Assembly (NCBI GenBank): GCA_965231915.1
Contig: OZ246892.1
Span: 2,443,247-2,507,246 of the forward strand
DNA: 64,000 nt
From: Acidimicrobiales bacterium
GTDB taxonomy: Bacteria; Actinomycetota; Acidimicrobiia; Acidimicrobiales; Bin134
Direction: 5' to 3'
Both the position numbers and the translations under genes were made by a program. The notes under the pieces were generated by a model that did not search any database, was not told where the DNA came from, and saw nothing but the letters and a program-made list of their open reading frames with translations. Position 1 is the first letter of the stretch. Each line of letters starts with the position of its first letter. Below, in pieces: positions 19,066 to 27,220 of this stretch.

Positions 19066-20814
19066 CCTGCACTTTGGTGACGACCAGCCCACAGATGCCG
19101 AACGGGCCGCCGTCGATGCTGTAGTGCCCCTGGTTGACGCCGCCACTGTCACCGAGACCGAGCGATTGGTGCGAGGGGGCCGCTCCCGCCGACAGGAACT
19201 CCGTCACCTCTTGCTGCCCGTGCTGCACTCGCTTCAACACGAGATCGGCTGGATCAGCCCTGGTGGATTGAACTGCGCCGCCGAGCGGCTGGGGGTGCCG
19301 CCGGCCGAAGCCTACGGCGTGGCTACGTTTTACGAGCTCCTTCGTACCACTGATCCTGGGCACCGAGATGACGTCGTCCATGTGTGCGTCGACCCCACGT
19401 GTGCCATAGCTGGAAATGACGAGCTGCGGGCTTCGTTGGAGGCCAGCGGGGCCAGGGTTCACGCCAGCCCCTGTCTGGGCCAGTGCGAGCGAGGTCCGGC
19501 CCTATTCATACAGGGAGTTGGCCGACCTGACCGAGTGCCGGCCGAAGACGACGAGGATTTTCGATTGCCCCAAGCCGGCCACCCGGGTCTGAGGGTGCTG
19601 CGTCGGGTGGGCGAAGTCGATCCCACTTCCCTGGACTCGTACCGAGAACACGGCGGCTACCAGGCCCTAGCCCAGGCCATCGAGATTGGGCCAGACGCTG
19701 TCATCGCTGCGCTGTCGGAGTCAGGTTTGTCCGGCCGGGGCGGGGCTGCTTTCCCCACCGGCATCAAATGGCGGGCCGTGGCCGATGAGCCCGGACCCGA
19801 CAAGCATGTGGTGGCCAACTGCGACGAGTCGGAACCGGGCACTTTCAAAGACCGCATCGTCTGCGAGCACGACCCGTTTGCTCTTATCGAGTCGATGACC
19901 ATTGCCGGGCTGGCCACCGGCTCGCCTCACGGCTGGATCTACATTCGGGGGGAGTACCCTCGGGCCACCGCCCGCCTCGAGGGCGCCATCGCCCAAACCC
20001 GGGCCGCCGGTCTGCTGGGCGACGACGTGGCTGGCAGCGGGCAGCGCTTCGACATCGAGCTGCGCCGAGGGGCGGGGGCCTATATCTGTGGCGAGGAGAC
20101 CGCCCTGTTCAACTCCATCGAGGGATTCCGGGGAGAGCCCCGCAACAAGCCTCCCTTCCCCACCACTCACGGCCTGTTCTCCCAGCCCACCGCCATCAAC
20201 AATCCCTGAGACCCTCATCAACGTGCTCGACATCGTGACCGACGGCCCCGAGGCCTATCGCTCGGTGGGCACCGAGCGCTCCCCCGGCACCCGGCTGTTC
20301 TGCCTGTCGGGCCGGGTAGCGGTACCTGGCCTTTACGAGGTGCCGTTCGGCACCACGCTGGGGGAGCTTGCTCGAATTGGCCGGCGGTCCGGTCGGTTCA
20401 CCCTGGCCGCGGTGCTGTCTGGGCGGCGCCGCTGGAGTATTCGTCGGTCCCGACGCCCTCGACATGCCCCTCACCCTGGAAGACGCCCGGGAGGCCGGTG
20501 CCACCTTGGGTTCTGGGGTCGTGACCGTGTTCGATGACACCGTTGACATGCAGGCCGTGGTGGTCCGCATAGCCGAGTTCTTCCGAGATGAATCGTGCGG
20601 GCAGTGCGTGCCCTGCCGTGTGGGCACCCAGCGCCAACACGAGGTACTGGTGGAGTTGCAAAGCTCCGGCCAGCCCCTGGCCCCCCAGCGGGCCGAGCTC
20701 ATCGACGACATGGCCCTGGCAATGGTGGACGCCTCCATCTGCGGCCTGGGCCACACCGCGGCTTCCGCGGTGCGCTCCGCTCTGGCGCTGGGCCTGATAG
20801 GAAATAGCTTGTGA
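19019..20814 (+). pseudogene. NuoE-like (2Fe-2S) / NuoF-like (FMN, NAD, 4Fe-4S) fusion, FDH diaphorase subunit, interrupted by about 4 frameshifts
   Basis: Recognisable sequence runs through three frames: ORF 19019..20209 (...GRGGAAFPTGIKW...TAINNP*), ORF 19902..20537 (ETLINVLDIV...GTTLGEL) and ORF 20368..20814 (LELAGGPVG...LGGAAGVFVGPDAL...ESCGQCVPCR). Indels lie near 20205, 20370, 20397 and 20418. A likely TTG start at 19058 overlaps the fdhA stop. Confidence 0.7.
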
Positions 20815-21650
20815 GCGGCGTGGCCACCGAGACAGCGGTCACCATTCGGGTCGACGACCAAGAGGTCGCCGTGCCCGTGGGGGCCACCATACTCGACGCC
20901 TGCAACGCCGCCGGGGTGGAGACTCCCACCATCTGCTACGGACCCACCCTCACCCCGGTGAACGTGTGCCGAGTATGCGTGGTGGAACTCGACGGCAGCC
21001 GGGCCCTGGTTCCCTCCTGCTCGCGCCCCGCAGAGGAGGGAATGGTGGTGCACACCGACAGCGAGCGGGTGCGCCACAGCCGCAAGATGGTGTTGGAGTT
21101 CCTGGCCACCGGTGTCGACTTGTCTCAGGCCGATGAACTCGGCCACTGGGCTGAGCACTACCGGGCCGACCCCGACCGCTATGTCCCCGGTGGCGAGACC
21201 ATGAACGAGCCTGTACGGGTGCAAGACAACCTCTACATCCGCGACTACGACAAGTGCGTGCTGTGCTACCGCTGTGTGGAGGCCTGCGGCGACGACGCCC
21301 AGCACACCTACGCCATCTCGGTAGCCGGCCGGGGCTTCGGCGCCCGCATCTCCACCGAGTTCGACGTCACCCTGCCCGACTCAGCCTGCGTGTACTGCGG
21401 CAACTGCGTGGCCGTGTGCCCCACCAACGCCCTCCAGTTCAAGACGGAGTTCGACCTCCGCCAAGCCGACGACTGGCGCCCCGAAGACCAGACCGTCACC
21501 CAAACCGTCTGCTCCTACTGCGGCGTGGGCTGCAACCTCGAACTCCACGTGCAAGACAACCAAATCGTCAAGTGCACCTCCCCCGACGACCACGACGTCA
21601 CCCAAGGCAACCTCTGCATCAAAGGCCGCTTCGGCTGGAACTACGTGTAG
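20811..21650 (+). CDS. Fe-S subunit equal to the N-terminal (NuoG-like 2Fe-2S, 4Fe-4S and MoCo-domain 4Fe-4S) part of canonical NAD-dependent FDH alpha
   Basis: The GTG start overlaps the upstream stop (TTGTGA). Motifs present: ICYGPTLTPVNVCRVCVVE, CVLCYRCVEAC, CVYCGNCVAVCP, CSYCGVGCNL...LCIKGRFGWNYV*. It ends exactly where the 17140 ORF sequence (RERLTVPMVRD) begins in canonical enzymes. Confidence 0.85.
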   Translation: MSGVATETAVTIRVDDQEVAVPVGATILDACNAAGVETPTICYGPTLTPVNVCRVCVVELDGSRALVPSCSRPAEEGMVVHTDSERVRHSRKMVLEFLATGVDLSQADELGHWAEHYRADPDRYVPGGETMNEPVRVQDNLYIRDYDKCVLCYRCVEACGDDAQHTYAISVAGRGFGARISTEFDVTLPDSACVYCGNCVAVCPTNALQFKTEFDLRQADDWRPEDQTVTQTVCSYCGVGCNLELHVQDNQIVKCTSPDDHDVTQGNLCIKGRFGWNYV

Positions 21651-21751
21651 GGCAATGTAGGATTTAGGCATGGTCCAGCTGCTCGTCCTACAGCAGGACG
21701 CCCTTGCCAATTTGGATATGATGAGAATAGACTGAAAGTTATCTAAAATAT

Positions 21752-22321
21752 ATGAGTGCTACTGAAACCAGATTGGCTGACACAAAGCTGTTGACCGCCG
21801 ACGACCTGCTGCGGTTGAGCGCCCAAGGCGTGCGCGGCGAGTTGGTGAGGGGAGTGCTTCACGAGACGATGGCATCAGGACACCGACACGGCAAGATCGC
21901 TGTCAATCTCGTCATGGAGCTGGGCAACTTCGTAAGGCCCAGGAAGTTAGGGACGCTCGTTGCCTCCGACTCGGGCGTGTGGCTGGAGCGCGACCCCGAC
22001 ACCGTGCGTGAGCCCGACGTGGCATTCACCTCAGCAGCGAAGATCCCACTGGATGCGGAGATCGACGGCTATGCCGATGTCGTCCCCGACCTAGTGGTGG
22101 AGATCGTCTCGCCTAGCGACAGCCGCCGCTGGGCCCGCGACCGAGCACAGATGTGGCTCGACCACGGTGCCCCACTGGTCTGGATAGTCCACCCCGATAC
22201 CCGCACCATCGACGTGTACCACCCCGGCGCAGCTGCCATGACCCTGGGCGAAAACGACTCCCTCAATGGCCAAGACGTCCTCCCCGGCTTCACCTGCTCT
22301 GTCAGAACCATCTTCGCCTGA
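21752..22321 (+). CDS. Uma2 (DUF820) family endonuclease
   Basis: LTADDLLRL...GELVRGVL...PDVAF...VPDLVVEIVSPSD...LVWIVHPDTRTIDVY is the Uma2 pattern. An AT-rich leader precedes it. Confidence 0.85.
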   Translation: MSATETRLADTKLLTADDLLRLSAQGVRGELVRGVLHETMASGHRHGKIAVNLVMELGNFVRPRKLGTLVASDSGVWLERDPDTVREPDVAFTSAAKIPLDAEIDGYADVVPDLVVEIVSPSDSRRWARDRAQMWLDHGAPLVWIVHPDTRTIDVYHPGAAAMTLGENDSLNGQDVLPGFTCSVRTIFA

Positions 22322-22456
22322 TGCCATTGGCGGGCTCCCGAACGAAGAAGCCTGATGGCAGGGCTACAGAGTTGAACGGGATCCCGCCGGGCAGTACCGA
22401 TTGAAGCCGCCGAGGCGCATTGGGGATGGAATATCAGCGAGGGGACCGACTCCCGC

Positions 22457-22903
22457 CTACTCCCCAGTGGCCCAGTACCGCTGAATCCGCTCGATGGCCT
22501 CTTGCCGCGTCATTTCGCTCAGTTGGGCTTCGGAGAGGCCCACCCTGTGCTTCAGCAGATAGAGCAAATCAGCCGGGATTGATTCTGCCGACATTGGCCT
22601 GGTCCCCCGAGCTGGCGGAACGCCGTCTTGGACACATCGCCAGAACTCTTCAGCGCTCACTTTGAGCTGGTCGCGCAGGACGTGTGCCCACAGGGCATCG
22701 CCATAGGTGGTGCGATCAGGCGGGCTGGATACCCGCGTCCTCAAGACATCGCCGTCAGGCATCTCTAGCTCATAGGTCTCATGATGCGTGCTTCGCCTGC
22801 CGACGGCAGAGCGGACCAGCCTCCAACCCTCAACCTCGCAGAACCGGACATGATCACGCCGAGTGGGCGCTGGAAAACTCAAGAAGTCCTGCCGAACGCC
22901 CAA
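22457..22903 (-). CDS. HicA/YcfA-like toxin-domain protein with a C-terminal extension
   Basis: RDHVRFCEVEGWRLVRSAVGRRSTHHETYELEMPDGDVLRTRVS resembles HicA-type 'GW..vr..gsHh' cores. It overlaps the upstream antitoxin-like gene by 25 nt. Confidence 0.55.
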   Translation of the reverse strand: MGVRQDFLSFPAPTRRDHVRFCEVEGWRLVRSAVGRRSTHHETYELEMPDGDVLRTRVSSPPDRTTYGDALWAHVLRDQLKVSAEEFWRCVQDGVPPARGTRPMSAESIPADLLYLLKHRVGLSEAQLSEMTRQEAIERIQRYWATGE

Positions 22904-23289
22904 CTAGCCAATTCAGCGTCAGAACTCATAGACACGAACAGCACGAGCGGCCAAAGGTGTTCGTGGTTGGGTGCCAGTCTGAGCCGGTCCTCCCAATTTC
23001 GAGCGTACTCTCTGAGGGCCTCTATGAACTCCTCGACGGCCCCCTCCAAGTCGACCCCATCGGCAGCAATAGGTGTGCCGGACAAGAACACCGACCAGCC
23101 TCCCGCTTCAGCCACCGCCTCTGGCCTGCCCAACTGCCAGGAGTCGGCGAGGAGTCCTTGGAGACGATCCCGCTCAACCAGTGCAACCCTTCTGCCATGG
23201 CGCTCTATCCCGATTGGCTTGCCTGCCTCGGCTGCGTCAAGTACTTCACGAAGCCGGCGGCGGGTATCCGTGAAAGTGAGAAGTTGCAT
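22879..23289 (-). CDS. Phd/YefM-like antitoxin-domain protein
   Basis: MQLLTFTDTRRRLREVLDAAEAGKPIGIERHGRRVALVERDRLQGLL. Confidence 0.6.
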   Translation of the reverse strand: MQLLTFTDTRRRLREVLDAAEAGKPIGIERHGRRVALVERDRLQGLLADSWQLGRPEAVAEAGGWSVFLSGTPIAADGVDLEGAVEEFIEALREYARNWEDRLRLAPNHEHLWPLVLFVSMSSDAELASWAFGRTS

Positions 23290-23310
23290 AACCGAACACT
23301 ACCTGGACAG

Positions 23311-23336
23311 TGACGTACGTCAAGTACACAATGTAC
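23311..23336. promoter_or_regulatory. candidate operator of the 23289<-22457 TA operon
   Basis: A perfect 12-bp palindrome TGACGTACGTCA (23311..23322) plus GTACA-CAA-TGTAC (23324..23336), 22 nt upstream of the antitoxin ATG. Confidence 0.4.
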
Positions 23337-23449
23337 GCAAATGGTATCTCTTGACGGCCCCGATGAACTGAGCAGCCCAAACGAGACCTTTAGCTCATAC
23401 ACGTTGGCTGACCGTTGCAGGCAGCTTCGATATGCGAGAATTCCAGGCG

Positions 23450-24307
23450 ATGACTGCTATCAAACTGGACGGCGAAATGCTGTCAGCCGAGATCAAAGAA
23501 GGACTGCGGGAGCGGATCGCCGCTCTGGCCGAGAAGGGCAAGACCCCGGGGTTGGGCACGCTGCTGGTGGGCGACGACGGGCCTTCGGCCAACTACGTGG
23601 CCATGAAGCACCGCGACAGCGAGGAACTGGGTATGGGCTCTCGGGAGGTGCATCTGCCTGCCAATGCGACACAAGACGAGGTCGACGCCGTGGTGGACGA
23701 CTTCAACGCAGATCCGGCGGTGGACGCCTACATCATGCAGTACCCGTTCCCCAGCCAGCTCGACTACGAGACAGCGCTGTTGCGGGTGCTGTCCGAAAAG
23801 GACGCTGACGGGCTGCATCCGGTGAACCTGGGGCGGCTGGTGCAGGGGGTGGAGGCCCCGCTGGCCTGCACCCCCCGGGGCATCCAGTTGATGCTGGAGC
23901 GCTACGACATTCCCATCGCCGGCCAGCACGTGGTGATCATCGGGCGTGGGCTCACCATCGGGCGGCCGTTGGCCAATCTGCTATCGCTGAAGCGGCCCAA
24001 CGCCAACGCCGCGGTCACGGTGGTGCATACCGGGGCGGGCGACATCTCCCGCTACACCCGCCATGCCGACATCTTGATCGCCGCGGCAGGGGCACCCCGT
24101 ATGGTGAAGGCCGACATGGTCAAGCCCGGCGCGGCAGTGGTGGCCGCGGGGGTGAGCTTTGCCGACGGCAAGCTGGTGTCGGACGTGGACGACGACGTGG
24201 CCGAGGTGGCGGGCTGGCTCTCGCCCCGAATCGGCGGGGTGGGGCCGATGACCCGTACCATGCTGATGGCAAACACCGTGGCCGCCGCTGAGCGGGCTGT
24301 GGGCTGA
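23450..24307 (+). CDS. folD: bifunctional methylene-THF dehydrogenase / methenyl-THF cyclohydrolase
   Basis: MTAIKLDG...GLGTLLVGDDGPSANYVAMKHR...DGLHPVNLGRL...TPRGI...VVIIGRGLTIGRPLA...GGVGPMTRTML. An alternative start lies at 23432. Confidence 0.9.
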   Translation: MTAIKLDGEMLSAEIKEGLRERIAALAEKGKTPGLGTLLVGDDGPSANYVAMKHRDSEELGMGSREVHLPANATQDEVDAVVDDFNADPAVDAYIMQYPFPSQLDYETALLRVLSEKDADGLHPVNLGRLVQGVEAPLACTPRGIQLMLERYDIPIAGQHVVIIGRGLTIGRPLANLLSLKRPNANAAVTVVHTGAGDISRYTRHADILIAAAGAPRMVKADMVKPGAAVVAAGVSFADGKLVSDVDDDVAEVAGWLSPRIGGVGPMTRTMLMANTVAAAERAVG

Positions 24308-24374
24308 GAGGCTTCGGTCCGTCAAGCCGCGACCTGACGACCAGAGCCAGCGACACCGAACAGAAAGCAACGAA

Positions 24375-25529
24375 ATGGCCGACGCCTACATCATCGACGC
24401 AGTCCGCTCCCCCATGGGCCGCTACGGCGGAGGACTGAGCCACCTCCACCCCGCCGATCTCGGCGCCAACATCTTGAGCGGCCTGATCGAGCGCACCGGC
24501 GTGGATCCCGCGGCGGTAGACGACTGCATCATGGGCTGCGTCGGCCAGATCGGCGCCCAGGCCTTCAATGTGGCCCGCAACGCCTGGCTGTCAGCCGGTC
24601 TGCCCGAGCACGTACCGGCGGTGACCATCGACCGCCAGTGCGGATCGTCGCAGCAGGCGGTGCACTTTGCCGCTCAGGGCATCATGTCGGGCACCCAAGA
24701 CCTGGTGGTGGCCGGCGGGGTCGAGGTGATGAGCCTCATCACCCTCAACAGCCAAGGCGATGTGGGCCCCGATTTGGGCATGCGCTACCCGTTCGACGGC
24801 GAGGGCTGGGCCAACCGCTTCGGCGATGAGGAAGTCCACCAGTTCCGGGGCGGCAACCTGATCGCCGAGCGCTGGGACGTGACCCTGGAGGACATGAACG
24901 GCCTGGCCCTGCGCAGCCACCAGAACGCGGCCCGAGCCTGGGAAGAGGGCCGCTTCGAACGCGAGGTTCTGGCCGTGGACGAATGCGCCCGGGACGAGGG
25001 CATCCGTCCCGACACCTCCATGGAGAAGATGGCCAAGCTGCGGCCCTTCTCCGAGCACGGACCGCTGACCGCGGCCAACTCCAGCCAGATCACTGACGGA
25101 TCAGCCGCGCTGCTCATCGCCTCTGAGAAGGCGGTAGCCGAGCACGGTCTCGCCCCTCGGGCCCGGATCCACACCATGGCCGTGGTAGGCAGCGACCCGG
25201 TGCTAATCCTCACCGGCCCCATCCCGGCTACCGCCAAGGTTCTCGACCGTGCCGGCATGGAATTGGACGACATCGACCTGTTCGAGTGCAACGAGGCCTT
25301 TGCCTCTGTGGTGCTGGCCTGGGCCAAAGACACCGGTGTGGACATCGACAAGGTCAACGTGAACGGCGGGGCCATCGCCTTGGGCCATCCACTGGGGGCC
25401 AGCGGCGCCCGAATCATGACCACCCTGCTCAATGAGCTGGAGCGCTCCGGCGGCCGCTACGGCCTCCAGACCATGTGCGAGGGCGGCGGTCTGGCCAACG
25501 CCACCATCATCGAGAACCTGGCTGCGTAG
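24375..25529 (+). CDS. thiolase (acetyl-CoA C-acyltransferase)
   Basis: AYIIDAVRSPMGRYGG...VTIDRQCGSSQQA...NVNGGAIALGHPLGASGARI...CEGGGLANA. Confidence 0.9.
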   Translation: MADAYIIDAVRSPMGRYGGGLSHLHPADLGANILSGLIERTGVDPAAVDDCIMGCVGQIGAQAFNVARNAWLSAGLPEHVPAVTIDRQCGSSQQAVHFAAQGIMSGTQDLVVAGGVEVMSLITLNSQGDVGPDLGMRYPFDGEGWANRFGDEEVHQFRGGNLIAERWDVTLEDMNGLALRSHQNAARAWEEGRFEREVLAVDECARDEGIRPDTSMEKMAKLRPFSEHGPLTAANSSQITDGSAALLIASEKAVAEHGLAPRARIHTMAVVGSDPVLILTGPIPATAKVLDRAGMELDDIDLFECNEAFASVVLAWAKDTGVDIDKVNVNGGAIALGHPLGASGARIMTTLLNELERSGGRYGLQTMCEGGGLANATIIENLAA

Positions 25530-25576
25530 CCAAGACAGATCGTCTAAGAAAAATCATTGGGGAGACAGCGAAGACA

Positions 25577-26110
25577 ATGGGCATCCACATCGACCACATC
25601 TCACTTCTGGTGAAGGACCTGGACCAGGCCGAAGCCGACTGGCATCAGATCCTGGAAGTGCTGGCCCCCGGCCACACCATGAAGGTCACCCGGGGCTCAG
25701 GCGCCGACGACATGGACGGCACCCCCATGAGCTGGGTGACGTTCCAAAACCCCGACCCCACCGGCGTGTCCATCCAGCTGTGGTCGCCGTCGGAGCCAGG
25801 GCACTGGCCCGACAAGGTGCTGGCCAAGAAGGGCGAGTACGTGCACCACATCGCCTTCTGCTCCGACGACTTCGACACCATGATCGACGGCGTGCGGGAT
25901 GCCGACATCCCCTTGGTTCTGAACGAGCCCAGCAACCCAGATACCCAGCCGTGGCTGAAGTGGAACTTCATCCCCCCCGACAAAGCCCACGGACCGCTGA
26001 TCGAGTTGGCCACCCGATACCTCTCGGTGGGCGAGGAATGGCTCCCCCACCCCGACAACGCCGAGAACCAGCCCCTGGCCGAAGAGCTCCGCGATCGCTT
26101 CGTCGGCTAG
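25577..26110 (+). CDS. VOC (glyoxalase/dioxygenase) family protein
   Basis: The internal ATG gives MGIHIDHISLLVKDLDQAEADW... and HHIAFCSDDFD. Confidence 0.7.
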   Translation: MGIHIDHISLLVKDLDQAEADWHQILEVLAPGHTMKVTRGSGADDMDGTPMSWVTFQNPDPTGVSIQLWSPSEPGHWPDKVLAKKGEYVHHIAFCSDDFDTMIDGVRDADIPLVLNEPSNPDTQPWLKWNFIPPDKAHGPLIELATRYLSVGEEWLPHPDNAENQPLAEELRDRFVG

Positions 26111-26151
26111 TGCTGGCTTCGAATCTCCCAATTCACTAGTCGACCAAGAGC

Positions 26152-27150
26152 ATGGCCAGTCCCCCGGTCGCCATCACCATGCCGGTGGAGGATGGACTCT
26201 CCATCGGCTGGCTGACTGACCTCGTCGTACACGCCGAAAAATCCGGCATCGACACCGCTCTGGTGGGCGAGGTGGCCGGCCCCGAGGTGTTCGCCACGCT
26301 GGGGGCCATGGCCGCCCGCACCGAGCGCATCAAACTGGGCTCGGGAATTGTGGCCGCCTACACCCGCTCCCCCGCCCTCACCGCCATGGGGTTCGCCACC
26401 CTGGCCTCGCTGGCCCCTGGCCGGGTGGTGGCCGGCATTGGGGCCAGCAGCCCGATTGTCGTCGGCCGCTGGCACGGCGGTGACTTCGAGCAGCCCCTGG
26501 CCACGGTGCGGGAGTTCACCGGCCTGCTTCGGGCTGCACTCGCCGGCGAGAAGCTAGATCACGATGGGCCGAGATTCAGGTCCAAGGGGTTCCGGCTCGA
26601 CCTGCCCCCGGCGGATGTGCCCATCTGGTTGGGGGCCATCAACCCCCGGATGCTGGCCGTGGCCGGCGAAATCGCCGACGCGGTGTTCATGACCTGGTGT
26701 CCGCCAGCCGAAGTCTCACCCAAGCGAGAGATCGTCGAAGCCGCGGCCGCCAATTCAGGGCGCAACCCCGACGACGTGGCCACCGTGCTGTCGTTTTGGG
26801 CCTACGCCGGCCCCGATCCCGAGCAGGCCCTGGAGCGGATGCGCCGACAGGTGCTGGCCTACGCCATGGTTCCCACCCACCAGCCCGCATTCGTCGGCAC
26901 TTTCGACAATCTGCCTGAGGTGGCCGCGGCTTGGCAAAACGGCGATCGAGCCCGGGCATTGTCGATGGTGTCCGACGAGACCGTGCTGGCCCAGTGCGCG
27001 CTTGGCCCCGATGCCCTGGCCGACCGCCTCGCCGTCTACCGAGCCGCAGGAGTGGACCTGCCCGTCGTGCTGCTAACCGGCGCCCACGTCGGCGACGACA
27101 TCGGCCCACAGGCCACGGTGGACGCCCTGAGTCGGATTGCCGCGCCCTGA
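26152..27150 (+). CDS. LLM-class (luciferase-like) flavin/F420-dependent oxidoreductase
   Basis: GPEVFATLGAMAARTERIKLGSGIVAAYTRSP...RVVAGIGASSP. Confidence 0.85.
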   Translation: MASPPVAITMPVEDGLSIGWLTDLVVHAEKSGIDTALVGEVAGPEVFATLGAMAARTERIKLGSGIVAAYTRSPALTAMGFATLASLAPGRVVAGIGASSPIVVGRWHGGDFEQPLATVREFTGLLRAALAGEKLDHDGPRFRSKGFRLDLPPADVPIWLGAINPRMLAVAGEIADAVFMTWCPPAEVSPKREIVEAAAANSGRNPDDVATVLSFWAYAGPDPEQALERMRRQVLAYAMVPTHQPAFVGTFDNLPEVAAAWQNGDRARALSMVSDETVLAQCALGPDALADRLAVYRAAGVDLPVVLLTGAHVGDDIGPQATVDALSRIAAP

Positions 27151-27220
27151 GCCCAGGCGACCCTGTGAGGCCCGCCCTCATGAAGTGCCGCCCATAGGCC
27201 CACGCTCTTAGTATCCCCCC

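Noticed and set aside
20200-20210. Programmed +1 frameshift in the NuoF-like gene.
   Set aside because: Four separate indels of mixed sign lie within 220 nt, with no slippery-site logic. Decay or sequence error is more parsimonious.
21684-21700. Hairpin CGTCCT-ACAGC-AGGACG after the FDH Fe-S gene, considered as an intrinsic terminator.
   Set aside because: It has only a 6-bp stem and no following U-tract. That is too weak to call.
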